Assembly: GCA_965552055.1 (NCBI GenBank)
Contig: CBEVQO010000002.1
Span: 288,001 to 352,000, forward strand
Reading direction: 5' to 3'
Length of the DNA: 64,000 nucleotides
DNA from: an uncultured bacterium
GTDB taxonomy: Bacteria > Hydrothermota > UBA3073 > NMUJ01 > CBEVQO01
In this document: positions 1 to 11,200 of the stretch, piece after piece
Numbering within the stretch: position 1 is the first letter of the stretch
Layout: each line of letters starts with the position of its first letter
Made by a program: the position numbers and the translations under genes
Notes under the pieces: model-generated
Databases searched by the model: none
Seen by the model: only the letters and a program-made list of their open reading frames with translations
Told to the model about the DNA's origin: nothing

Positions 1-1194
1 ATCGTATCCCCCGTAGGCAACAGTTTAAAGGAATTCTGGGATGCACTACTTGCTGGCAAAAGCGGTATCTCCCGCATTACTCGCTTCGATACCACGAATT
101 TGACAGTAAAAATAGCAGCAGAAGTCAAAAATTTCGACCCCGCGAAATATTTCACGCCCAGGGAATTGAGAAGAATGGACAGATTTACCCAATACGCAAT
201 GGTAGCTGCTATTCAGGCAGTCGAAGATAGTGGAATTGAGTTTAAGGAACCTTACAGAGCAGGTGTGATTATAGGCTCGGGAATCGGCGGTATTGAGACA
301 TGGGAAGCAGAACATAAGAAGTTGCTGGAATCACCGAGAAGGGTTTCTCCTCTCTTTATTCCAATGATGATAATGAATACTGCATCTGCTATGGTTGCGA
401 TGCGATGGGGATTAAGGGGACCGAATTTTGGTGTGGTATCTGCCTGTGCTACTTCAAATCATTCCATAGGCGTTGCATATCACATTATAAAACATGGGGA
501 TGCTGATGTCATGCTCGCTGGAGGCACAGAAGCTGCCGTTACTCCGCTTTCTATCGCTGGCTTCGCAAATATGAAAGCACTTTCTACCCGTAATGACGAG
601 CCCGAAAAAGCATCAAGACCTTTTGACAGGGATAGGGATGGCTTTGTGGTAGGCGAAGGAGCAGCTGTTTTTGTACTTGAGGAATATGAGCATGCTAAAA
701 AAAGGGGTGCGAAGATTTATTGTGAATTGGCAGGATATGGTGCAAACTGTGATGCATATCATCTCACCGCACCTGAACCTTCTGGTGAGGTAGCAGCAGA
801 TGTAATGTTAAGAGCCCTAAAAGATGCCGGGGTATCACCCGATGAAGTTGACTATATAAATGCACATGGCACTTCCACCCCCTTAAATGACAAAACAGAA
901 ACTCTGGCTATAAAGAAAGCATTTGGAGAAAGGGCTTATAAAATTCCGATTTCTTCTACGAAATCGATGATAGGTCATCTACTTGGTGCTGCAGGTGCGT
1001 GTGAAGCAGTTGCTACTGTGATGACAATCAAAGAGAATGTAATTCATCCAACGATAAACCTGGAAAATCCTGACCCCGAATGCGACCTCGATTATGTACC
1101 TAAAGAGCCCCGAGAAAAAGAAGTGAAAGTAGCGATTTCAAACTCGTTTGGCTTCGGCGGACACAACGCCTGCCTCGTATTCAGAAAAATTTAA
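1..1194 (+). CDS. fabF: Beta-ketoacyl-ACP synthase II (5'-truncated by window edge)
   Basis: Frame open from base 1 ([30 protein letters not shown]...). Motifs SACATS (catalytic Cys), [20 protein letters not shown] and [10 protein letters not shown]. Confidence 0.97.
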   Translation: MVSPVGNSLKEFWDALLAGKSGISRITRFDTTNLTVKIAAEVKNFDPAKYFTPRELRRMDRFTQYAMVAAIQAVEDSGIEFKEPYRAGVIIGSGIGGIETWEAEHKKLLESPRRVSPLFIPMMIMNTASAMVAMRWGLRGPNFGVVSACATSNHSIGVAYHIIKHGDADVMLAGGTEAAVTPLSIAGFANMKALSTRNDEPEKASRPFDRDRDGFVVGEGAAVFVLEEYEHAKKRGAKIYCELAGYGANCDAYHLTAPEPSGEVAADVMLRALKDAGVSPDEVDYINAHGTSTPLNDKTETLAIKKAFGERAYKIPISSTKSMIGHLLGAAGACEAVATVMTIKENVIHPTINLENPDPECDLDYVPKEPREKEVKVAISNSFGFGGHNACLVFRKI

Positions 1195-1202
1195 AATCTC
1201 CC

Positions 1203-1230
1203 TTGACTTTCACCTAAAAATGGATATATT
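1203..1230 (+). promoter_or_regulatory. Putative sigma70-type promoter TTGACT-N16-TATATT, leaderless start
   Basis: TTGACT 1203-1208 and TATATT 1225-1230. ATG at 1237 is 6 nt after the -10 box, with no SD. Confidence 0.55.
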
Positions 1231-1236
1231 TTCGAG

Positions 1237-1560
1237 ATGGAAAAATTAATTAATAAATTGAAAAAATGGGGAGATGAAATAGGAAAGGAAGTATTTGGCA
1301 AAAGTATGGGACAAAAATTAGTCGATAATTTTGCAAAATCATTAGAATGTGCAAGAAGTATGGCTATCGAAGTAACTACTGATGAGGGTAAAAAAATTTT
1401 ATTTTATCTTGATGGGCTGAGAAAAATTTTAGTAAGTGGCTTAAATGTGAAAACACCCTTTGGCAATGTTTCACGAAAGGAAGCTATTATTGCTTTTATA
1501 GAGTGGAAATTATATCCCGGAATAAAACCTGGACATATACGCCGCAAGAATGGCGGTTAG
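1237..1560 (+). CDS. Hypothetical protein (107 aa), first gene of a bicistron
   Basis: ORF follows the promoter and overlaps the next start; no family recognised. Confidence 0.6.
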   Translation: MEKLINKLKKWGDEIGKEVFGKSMGQKLVDNFAKSLECARSMAIEVTTDEGKKILFYLDGLRKILVSGLNVKTPFGNVSRKEAIIAFIEWKLYPGIKPGHIRRKNGG

Positions 1561-1975
1561 AGTTAAAATAAAAATAAAAGTAGGAAATGAAGAAATAGAA
1601 ACAACGGCCCTTGCGAATTCTGGCTATGAAGCTTTTAAAAAACCCGAAATAATTTTGCCGGAGACACTCGCAAATAAACTTGGAATAAAGGAAGACAAAT
1701 TCAATTTCAAGAGAGTGCATTTTCAAGATATAAAAGGTGCATTTAATTCCCCTGTTTATCAAAACGCTGCTATTATTTGGCTAAATATTAATCCTGATAG
1801 AAAAGTAACTGTCGATGTAGTTGTTACAGATAGAGAAGAAGAAGTTTTATTGAGTGATAAACTAATAAGTGCACTCGGCATAGATATTGTAGATGCAGGC
1901 GAAGGTATCTGGAAATTAAGGGAAGACCCTCCTCATATTTTTAGAAAATCCGAAAGAAGACAGGTATGGAGTTAA
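1550..1975 (+). CDS. Retropepsin-fold (clan AA aspartic protease-like) protein, catalytic Asp replaced by Asn
   Basis: IETTALANSGYE in place of ALxDTG, and EVLLSDKLISALGI resembling the second clan AA motif; resembles small archaeal-type proteins. Confidence 0.55.
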   Translation: MAVRVKIKIKVGNEEIETTALANSGYEAFKKPEIILPETLANKLGIKEDKFNFKRVHFQDIKGAFNSPVYQNAAIIWLNINPDRKVTVDVVVTDREEEVLLSDKLISALGIDIVDAGEGIWKLREDPPHIFRKSERRQVWS

Positions 1976-2512
1976 TTAAACTTTTTTGAGCTTGCCATCT
2001 ATCTCAAAATTGTTACCACCTAAATGATGTACTATTTTTACCTTATCAATATCCCAGTATTCTCCAAATACTCCTTCTTTTGCTTCTGCATGCACTATTT
2101 CTCCCACAAAAATCGTATATCTGCCGATATCAAAAGTATATTTCAATTTGCATTCTATAAAAGCAACGCATTCTCTTATCCATGGACATTTAACATTTTT
2201 GCCTTTCATCGGAGTTAATCTTGCCGCTTTAAATTTATCAACTTCACTACCAGATTTTGTACCGCATACCCATATTGCATTTAATAAACTTTCATCAGGA
2301 ATATTTATGGTAAATTCTTTTTCTTTCATTATTAAATCATGTGAATATCTTTCTTTTCTAACGCTTATTGCTACAAGTGGCGGACTACTGCATACAGGCG
2401 TCACCCATGCAATAGAAATTATATTGGGATAAGAAGGTCCATTAACGGTAACAAGAACACAGGGACCATTATTCACCAGTCTATAAGCATATTTCAAATC
2501 CACTTCTCTCAT
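1976..2512 (-). CDS. Flavin reductase-like FMN-binding protein
   Basis: YRLVNNGPCVLVT, PPLVAISV, EFTINIP, CGTKSG..VDKF and IFVGEIV are typical of the family. Start placed at ATG 2512 after a GGGGGTGAG SD. Confidence 0.9.
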   Translation of the reverse strand: MREVDLKYAYRLVNNGPCVLVTVNGPSYPNIISIAWVTPVCSSPPLVAISVRKERYSHDLIMKEKEFTINIPDESLLNAIWVCGTKSGSEVDKFKAARLTPMKGKNVKCPWIRECVAFIECKLKYTFDIGRYTIFVGEIVHAEAKEGVFGEYWDIDKVKIVHHLGGNNFEIDGKLKKV

Positions 2513-2520
2513 CTCACCCC

Positions 2521-3480
2521 CTATTTCATTATTTGCCATAGCCTTTTGAAATTCACATCTTTTATCCTTCGAATTAAACTCAATTTATCTTTCATACCCA
2601 TTGCAAGAATATACAGCAAAAATTTCTTTAAAATCGCGTTTTCAATACCTATGTTTTCCAGAATTAATCTTTCCCATATTATCATCCCTTCCGTTATTCC
2701 ATCACAATCTGTAAAATCTTTCAGCAAGTAAAAAGTATATTTCACGGGTTTTGCCGAAAAATATCTTTTTGTAAGTTTTTTGAATAAATTAAAATCAATT
2801 TTTACCTTCTGCATAAACATTATAATATCAAGTAGCCATTTCAAGCTTGCAAAACCTTCCTTCAACACATGGTTACATAAGTAAATCAGCTCCTGTTCCG
2901 GTTGCATAATGAAAAAATCTCCTTCTTTCTTTACATTTTCCCATATTTCATCGGGTTCTATCCTAAAAAACAATCTCTGAAAAGGACTTTTCTGGTTCAC
3001 AATATGCCAGTGTACTTCTATCATCACTTTTCCAAGAAAAGATTCATGGTTTCCTTCATTACTATAAAGTTTTCTGTATCCCATCTCTTTTAAAATTTTA
3101 ACAATTTCAGGATAGTCTTCTTTCTTTACAAGAACATCTACATCATTTAACTCTCTGGCACCAATATCTTTATAAACCGTCCTTAACATCCTTATACCTT
3201 TTAATGGAATGATTGGAATACCCTGCGCTCTTTGTATCAACCTATCAAATTCTGATAAAAACAAAACATTCCTGTAAACGGTTTGATTATAAAGTTTATG
3301 TATTTCTGCCAGTAAACTTTTATTTAATTTCTTGTCTATTTTATTTTCTGTAATTTTCGAATAGAGAAAAGGTAAAACATCAATCAAAAAGGGATTTTTT
3401 AACGCTTTTTCAATAAATTTCTCGAGTTCATGTAAATTTACTTCTGCAGGTCTTAAAAGAATTCCAAGGTATTTTCTCAT
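2521..3480 (-). CDS. Uncharacterised nucleotidyltransferase (NTP_transf_5-like)
   Basis: IPIIPLKG...VY...ARELNDVDVLV, IEVHW and LKWLLDI match the family pattern LKG-x-Y-x-R-x-DxD ... ExH ... LxWxxD. Confidence 0.85.
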   Translation of the reverse strand: MRKYLGILLRPAEVNLHELEKFIEKALKNPFLIDVLPFLYSKITENKIDKKLNKSLLAEIHKLYNQTVYRNVLFLSEFDRLIQRAQGIPIIPLKGIRMLRTVYKDIGARELNDVDVLVKKEDYPEIVKILKEMGYRKLYSNEGNHESFLGKVMIEVHWHIVNQKSPFQRLFFRIEPDEIWENVKKEGDFFIMQPEQELIYLCNHVLKEGFASLKWLLDIIMFMQKVKIDFNLFKKLTKRYFSAKPVKYTFYLLKDFTDCDGITEGMIIWERLILENIGIENAILKKFLLYILAMGMKDKLSLIRRIKDVNFKRLWQIMK

Positions 3481-4949
3481 TTTACTTTAACGATTTTTCT
3501 TACTTTAAATATTTTTCCGGTTTCAAGTGTTACAAAATACACGCCTGCTGGTAATTTTTCTGTTTTCCATTTTATAGTATAATAACCGGGTTCATATTGT
3601 TTTTTAGCGATAACTTCAATACATCTACCTGCTACATCGAAAATTCTTATTTTAACAAAAGATTTTTTTGGTATTGCGAATCTTATCATCATATAATTCT
3701 TAAATGGATTTGGGTAAACGGGATATAATGCGAACACTTTTGGTAGCAAATCCGGTTTATAAGTATCTGACTTTCCCTGCAAAGCATATATTTCTTTTTC
3801 GGTTATAAGAAAAACTTTTGCATCACACATTATGGGAGAAACTTTAACTTTTCCTTTTAGCTCTTCTTCATAAATTTTCTTTCCGGTTTCAATATCAAAT
3901 GCGAAGAATTTTCCTTGACTTGAGATACAGTAAATGATATTCCCCGAAATGATAGGAGAAACTGGCTTTTTTCCTGTGAATTCACCGAGTTTTTGGCACC
4001 ATTTTACTTTACCAGAAAACATGTTGATGCAATAAAGATATTCCCCTTTATATGCTGCTATTAAGACAACTTCATTGTTTCCGACTGCGATATTTGACAC
4101 TTTTAACTTTTCTGCCTTTAATGCACGCTTCAAAGGCGGTCCTACAAGGTATTCTGCCTGTGGCAACGGGATAAACTCTGTGGCTATTTCAATCTTCTCT
4201 CTTTGCCTCATTTTAATATCTTTAAGTAAATTATATTTCCATGCCAATCTACCATTATCTTTATTTACAGCGTAAAGATAGGGGTCAAAGCCACCGGGTG
4301 CGAAGAATACAAAATAACTCGCAGATGAAGGATTAAGAGACCTGAAAGCATTTTTAGTTGAAAATTCCCAGAGTTTTTCACCTGTTTCAATGGATATCGC
4401 ATAAATTTTACCATCATTTGAAGAAATATAAATCTTTTTATTTCTCACAACAGGCATTGAATGAATGAATTGCAAAGTGCTTATTTTCTTCTTCTCTCCT
4501 TTCTCTTCGATTATAAATTCTTTATAGGGTCTTCCTTTTGGATACAATAACTTTTCGCCATAGGGCAGTATTCCTCCCCTTGTTATACCAAGATTTTTCT
4601 TACAGATTGAAAATCTGCCTGTTTTTACATCGACCTTATAATAAATTCCCTTATCTGTTAAAAAATGACATTTTCCCTTTTTAATCGTTATAAACTCCGA
4701 AGGTCTTCCTTCCAGTTTTACCTTCCATCTAATTTTACCGTTCCATGTATTTATCGCAATCATTTTGCCTTCTTTCGTCCCGAACACAAGAATTCCCTCA
4801 TAGTAAACAGGATGTGTCACAATATCTGTCTCTGCTTTATATGTCCACAAATGTTTAAAAGGTGGTTTGATTCTTTCTCCTATATTTCTCGTAGCACTCA
4901 AATCGTATCCGGGATATAACCAATTTGTGAATAATATAAATAACAGCAT
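3477..4949 (-). CDS. PQQ-like (BamB-type) beta-propeller protein with C-terminal T9SS type A/FlgD-Ig-like sorting domain
   Basis: Hydrophobic N-terminus; repeated A(I/F)xxxTGxxxW blades; C-terminus YPNPF...IRFAIP...IRIFDVAGR...LPAGVYFVTL...KIVKVK. Confidence 0.85.
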   Translation of the reverse strand: MLLFILFTNWLYPGYDLSATRNIGERIKPPFKHLWTYKAETDIVTHPVYYEGILVFGTKEGKMIAINTWNGKIRWKVKLEGRPSEFITIKKGKCHFLTDKGIYYKVDVKTGRFSICKKNLGITRGGILPYGEKLLYPKGRPYKEFIIEEKGEKKKISTLQFIHSMPVVRNKKIYISSNDGKIYAISIETGEKLWEFSTKNAFRSLNPSSASYFVFFAPGGFDPYLYAVNKDNGRLAWKYNLLKDIKMRQREKIEIATEFIPLPQAEYLVGPPLKRALKAEKLKVSNIAVGNNEVVLIAAYKGEYLYCINMFSGKVKWCQKLGEFTGKKPVSPIISGNIIYCISSQGKFFAFDIETGKKIYEEELKGKVKVSPIMCDAKVFLITEKEIYALQGKSDTYKPDLLPKVFALYPVYPNPFKNYMMIRFAIPKKSFVKIRIFDVAGRCIEVIAKKQYEPGYYTIKWKTEKLPAGVYFVTLETGKIFKVRKIVKVK

Positions 4950-4957
4950 TTCTCCTC

Positions 4958-5086
4958 CTAAGATTTATCTACCCCCAGATTACACTGCAAACCTGTTATA
5001 TCGCCTGCTGTCTGGCATTTATTACATTGTGCAACTGCATAAATTTTCTCTGATTTTACCTCCGGCTCTTTAAATTCTTTTTTCAT
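4958..5086 (-). CDS. Small Cys-rich peptide 2 (42 aa), RiPP-precursor-like: MKKEFKEPEVKSEKIYAVAQCNKCQTAGDITGLQCNLGVDKS
   Basis: Translated by hand (below the ORF-track cutoff). AAGGAGGGG SD directly upstream of ATG 5086; stop TAG overlaps the SD of the next gene; clearly paralogous to peptide 1. Confidence 0.85.
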   Translation of the reverse strand: MKKEFKEPEVKSEKIYAVAQCNKCQTAGDITGLQCNLGVDKS

Positions 5087-5097
5087 ATCCCCTCCTT

Positions 5098-5232
5098 TTA
5101 AGATTCCTTTGGCAAAATATTACAATCCAATCCCCCTATCTCTGCTATTGATACACATTTGCCACATGCCTGAGCTATTACATAGATTTTCTCACTTTTA
5201 CATTCGGGTTCATGCCATTCTTTCTTTTCCAT
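5098..5232 (-). CDS. Small Cys-rich peptide 1 (44 aa), RiPP-precursor-like: MEKKEWHEPECKSEKIYVIAQACGKCVSIAEIGGLDCNILPKES
   Basis: Translated by hand. AGGAGGT SD upstream of ATG 5232; overlaps the 3' end of the giant gene; paralog of peptide 2. Confidence 0.85.
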   Translation of the reverse strand: MEKKEWHEPECKSEKIYVIAQACGKCVSIAEIGGLDCNILPKES

Positions 5233-8200
5233 TTTGCACCTCCTATTCCTATACGGAATATCTTACCGGATGTTGTAAATGTAATTACTCCTTGAGCGAC
5301 ATTTAGCATTGGAGTAGATTCTATTTTTTGTCCCGGGTCAAATTTCCATAATATTTTTCCTGTTTTTTCTGATACCGCTATTAATCCCTTTTCTGTACCG
5401 ATATAAATCTTTCCGTTGTACACCAGGGGTTTAGTTGTTGGCTTTGCACTAATGTTCAGAGGATATTGTGCCCAGCCCCAGGGATTTGGATTTCCATCAA
5501 TATCATAACAATAGATATTACCAAGTGTATCCGCAAAGTATATTTTACCCCACCAGTACCATGGTCCTTTTATAGCCGGAGCATTAAGTACATCCTGCCA
5601 AATTAAATCATAAGGCTGAGCTCTTAAACTATCGAGGCAATAAACATTTTTCTTAATGTTGCCAAAGTAAATCCTATAGTGGCTACCTGCCACTCTTCCA
5701 AATGCCGGTATATTAACGATATCTCCATCTGTTCCGTATTTTGCCTGCTCTACTCCTGTACCCGCACCGATTTTGTAAAGCGTATCGTCACATGAACCAC
5801 CATGCAGGAAACCGAATCCGTATCCCGGCATCGCTCTTATCGCGCCTCCTGTAGAGAAAGACCAGATAACACTGCCATCACCTCTATCAACTGCATAGAA
5901 ATTACCATCCTTTGCTCCAAAGTAAATTACACCACCATATTCAAATACACCGGAGATTATAGAATCACCAATATTCGTCCGCCATATCACATCACCATCT
6001 GTCCTGTTAACTGCATATAAAGTGCCAGCAGATGTGCCAAAGAACAAAGTATCACCTCTCACACAAATCAAATCACTTGCATAACCTCCATATTTTTTCT
6101 TCCATAAGAGATTACCCAAACTGTCGACAGCATACAATGTGCCGGATTTTGTAGAATAATAACTGGCACCATCAAATGCATGACCTATTCCTGAAGTTAC
6201 ATCTTTCCTGAATATCCTGATACCTGGATGTTGCCACTTTAGATCGATGTAAGCGGAATCTTTCCAAACTATTTGTGCACCATTAAGTTCTTCTTCATAC
6301 AATTCTCCTGAATGCTCTCCCATATAATTTTCACAGAAGATATAAATACCTGCACCATTCGCAGAAATATTTTTGTAACATGTAGTATCAAATAATAGAC
6401 CGCTGTAAGTATCGGAGTAAGCAGATGTTTTTATCACCCGCAAAGCTTTTGAAAGAGAGGACATATTCATAAACCATACATTTTCAAGAGTATCTATTTG
6501 TGATGTTGTATCGAGAATGAGACCCGATATTCCATCGCATAATAATCTGCTGATACTAACATTTCCTTTCAATCTTACTTCTGGATATTTTACACCCTGC
6601 TGTGTGGATGTTATTGAAGGCATTAAACCTTTTGCTATGAATTTGCCTTTTGCTATAAGATTTGCACCTACTTTTACTTCTGCCAGTGAGTCAATTATAA
6701 AAGCCGAATTTTGATCGATGGTAAGAACATTCTGCACTTTTAGAACAGATTTTCCTGAAAGGACGAAATCTGCATCCTGGAATTTGAGGTTATAGAAGTA
6801 ATTATTTTGTCCCTGTATTATTTTTACACTATCTTTTGCGATGACTATTTCTCCAGCTGAAGGCGTGAATGTTCCACCTGTATCTATCCAGTCACCCATT
6901 ACAATGTGAGTATAACTGCCAGGGTCAAATTCTCCCTTTAGAATCTTGAAATCACCGTAAATTGTTAGAGGACCTGTTGCAGTAACAGATGCTACCTGCT
7001 TTGTAGAATCTTTTTCTTCTTTCTTTGTAGAATAAGAATTTTCGATTATAAGATTATAAAACTTACTTTGCGATATTTGTTGCGGTTGATCACCGCAGAA
7101 AATGCAAGTCGAAGAATCAGGGATAAATTCACCGTTATTTATCCAGTCTCCTTTGATTCTTATAGTATCATCATTTGCCTTAAATACTCTTCCTGCATTT
7201 ATTTGTAAATCGTTAAGTATCACCAAATTATTCGTCAGTTTTATTGTATCTGCGTCTATTGTGAGGTTATAGAATGTATCTTCGGGTACATCCATTTTTG
7301 CCTGCAATATAACTGTGCCTGTTTGTGGCATAAACTTACCCTGATTAATCCATGAAGATGTCTTGAAAATAGCTCCTTCTCCTCCTTTGAATACTGCGCC
7401 TGTCCCAATATGGAAGCTATCTGTAACAGTGACCGTAACTCCTGCTGCAAGCGAAAGCGTATCGCCAGATATAACCAAGGACTTAAATGTTTCCGAATTC
7501 GTTATACAATTAGTTCCATCGAAAGTTACGACTCCTGCTGTCTGCTGGAATGTTCCGTTGTCAATCCATGTACCTGCGCAGAATATTGTAGATTTTGAAA
7601 TAAGATTTATTCCACCGCCTTTTTCTATCTTCACATTTCCATTGCAATCAAGATACATTCCGGGGACCGTCAAATTTACATTCGCTCCATTTTTCACAAA
7701 TATTGCAGCACATTGTGCAGTAGTGTTCACGGTTGGATCGAAAGGTGCATCCTGAATTATAACCTGATCTGTTGCAGTAGGCACTGTGCCATCCTGCCAG
7801 TTAGAAGGATTATCCCATCTATCATCAACTGTGCCTGTCCATACATCTGCAAGTATCCATTCTATTCTTGCGTACTGCGTAGTTGTATCATAAGCATCTC
7901 CTGCCTTATCTCCGGAATATGCTACCATGGTTACAATCGCAGAATCAGGGGAAGTGCATTTTAAATGGAAATTATACTGACATGAAGCATCATAAGAGTG
8001 CCCACTAAATGTAGCCGTATATCCTGCATTTCTGTAAATCTGTAAGAATGTTCCACCTGACTCGATATTTGTGAAATTAATGCCATCGAGTGCAGCAATC
8101 TGAGCATCTTCCCATATCCTCAATCCTCTCTTACAAACTCTATTTACATTCAATGCAGTTACATCTATCTCTCCTCTTACTTCAAATCCAAAGTAAGACA

Positions 8201-11200
8201 AATTATTTATACTCGTTATAGTTGGTGTTACTCCATTTGCACTGAATTTTCCGCCATTTTCGATAAACAATGTATCTGCTACTTTAAGTGTACAACTGCC
8301 ACTAAGCTGTAAGAGACCTCCGGAATTCACAATTATGTAAGAGTTAGCACTGACAACAGAGCTATTGAGTGTTAAAATACTATCAACAATTATCGAATCT
8401 CTAATAGTGTGTCTTCTATTCACGAAATCAAATTTCCCTTTCTTAATCCACAATTTTCCATCTATTTGAGTGCCTGTCTTTGTAACAACCTGTGTTCCTG
8501 AATCTATTATCACATCATAGAAATTATTTGTCGATTTCTGATATATTTCCTGATTTTCTCCGCAAAGTATAATTTCACCTGCTGATGGCGTAAATGTACC
8601 GAGAGTATCATTCCAGTTACCCTTCACATAGTGCGTGTAAGTACCTGGCACAAATTCTCCTGCTTCTATTACAAAATCTCCATATATCCTTAGTGAACTC
8701 TGTGCTGTCACTGTTCCGGTTGATTTCACAATCACACTATAGAAATTATTCTGGGTCAATTGTGTAATATTTTGGGATGTTCCTGCAAATATTATCTTTC
8801 CTCCCGTTGGTCTAAATGTGCATCCTGTTTCTATCCAATCACCTTTTACCGTATGAGTAAATGTATCTGGGACAAATATACCCGATGCAAGCTCTATATC
8901 TCCATAAATCCGTAATTTAGATAGTGCTTTTAAAGTATCTGTTTTTTCAATCTTTATATCGTAGAAATTATTCCCATTGCCCAATTTGACTGTAGATTTG
9001 CTTCCCAAGAAGATAACCTTACCCGATGTAGGTGCAAATGTACCTGATACTGTATTCCAATCACCGTAAATCCTGTGAGTATAACTGCCAGGTATAAACT
9101 CTCCTGATAAAAGTGTTAAATCTCCTTTAATTACTAAACTATCAAGTGCGGTTACAGATGCAGTTGGCGCCATACTCAAATTATAAAGATAATTTCCTGT
9201 GCCTAATTTTATCTGCTGCGCACCTCCTGCAAGATAAACAGTACCATCATCTGCTTTGAATTCGCCTCCTGAAGCATCAAAATCACCCCGTACTTCAAGG
9301 ACATTATCGGACGGTATAAAGACTCCCGATTTTACAGTAAAATCATTTTTTACAAAGATATCTGTCTTCTGCCATATTGTATCGCCATCGATCTCAAGAT
9401 TTATGAAATAGTTACTTGCTTTTTGCCATATTTCACCTTTTCCTGTTAAGACTATTTTTCCGCCAACCGGATTGAATGTCCCTCCCGTATCCACCCAATC
9501 ACCACCAATATAATGCGTAAAACTACCTGCAATAAATTTACCTTTATTTATTACAAAATCACCATGCACATGTAAAGAATCAAAAGCTTCCACACTTGTA
9601 AGGCAATTTATCTCGACATTATTAAAGTAGTTTGTCTGACTTGAGGTGATTTTCTGATAATTTCCTGTAAACTTTATTTTTCCTCCTGTTTGATGAAATG
9701 TTCCCAATACATCACTCCAATCGCCTTTAACTTCATGGGTAAAGGTATCTGGATTGAATGTACCTGTTATCGTTATATCCCCATAGATCTTCAGCGGTGT
9801 TTTTGCAGTTACAGTACCTGCTATTTTAATATTTGCAAAGTTATTATCTTGTGCCTGCCATATTTCTGAATTACCGGTAAATCTTATTTCACCACTTGTA
9901 GCTGTAAATGTTCCTCCTGTATCTATCCAGTTTCCTTCAACATAATGGATATAACTTGCTGGTGAAAATTCGCCTTTCAGCAACACAAAATCGCCTTTTA
10001 TATTAATCGGTGACTGACATAGCACTTTTCCCGAATTCTTATTAATCGTTAAATTATAGAAGTAACTTTGCGGTGTTAGATTTATTACCTGCTGGTAATC
10101 TCCACAGAATATTATTTCACCTGAATCTGCATAGAGTGTTCCATTTACTATTAAATCTCCTTTTAAATACAGTTTAAATGTATCACAATGTAAATAAGCG
10201 CTATCGTCTATTCTAAGGGACATGCAATATGCATTCGTATCGAGGTATGGGAATCTAACAGCAGTATCTGGTATTACGACATCTTCTGTATCCGTAGGCA
10301 CTCCTGGTGGCGACCAGTTATTGGGATTGCTCCATAAACTATCAACATCTCCCTGCCATACTCTCTGCGCAATCCAGTAAATGTGAGCTTTATTAACCTC
10401 TTCATCATAACTCTCACCTGCTTTTGCACCCGAATAATTTACCATATAAATCACTGTAGAATCTCCACCACCATCTGCATAAACATTCACACTGCAAGAT
10501 GCATCAAAATAACAACCTGTGAAGTTTTGAATAAATAGACCTTTCCTGTAAATTTGCAGATGTTTCCCTTTATTACCCACTTTCTCAAAACTCACATTAT
10601 TCAAACTAATTATTTCTGCAAGTGTGTCAATATAGAATCCATCACTATCCGCATATGAGAATTTCAATCTTTCACAATTTAATTTTCCTGAAAATCTAAA
10701 TGAAAAGCGATTCAATGTATCGAGTGCAGTTATTTGCGGTGTCAAACCTGTAAACTCACAATAAGAACCTTCCTGCGCCTTAAATGTTTCTCCTACTTTC
10801 AAAATAGATGCTCCCTGCATTATTAAAGTATCATTAATCACAATATATTTTCCTCTCAATTCTCCGCCTGTCATCTTTAAATTGCCGGAAATTATCACAC
10901 TATCTTCAACTGTATGTACTCCTGTTTGTATATCAAGTTCTCCTGTGAGTAACTTTAATTTTGAATTTATTTTAAGACCGGTTAATGGAGTAACTTTTTG
11001 AGAGTTTAATGTCAGGTTGTAGAAATTGTTTTGCGAAGATGTGATAATTTCTATGGTATCACCTTCAAATTTTATCTCACCTGCTGTTGGATTAAATTTA
11101 CCATTTTGGTCGTTCCAATTACCTTCGATTATATGAGTAAATGCCCCGGGTTCAAATCTTCCACCGCTTATTGTGATATCGCCCTTCACTCTAATAGGCG

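Noticed and set aside
4867..5306. Plus-strand ORFs 4867-5073 and 5109-5306
   Set aside because: The minus-strand peptides have strong SDs, are paralogous to each other and fit the operon direction.
3477..6250. PQQ-dependent dehydrogenase or PQQ biosynthesis cluster (peptides as PqqA)
   Set aside because: No pqqB-E genes are present. The peptides are Cys-rich and longer than PqqA, with ExxY rather than ExxxY spacing. The propellers look like generic BamB-type repeats.
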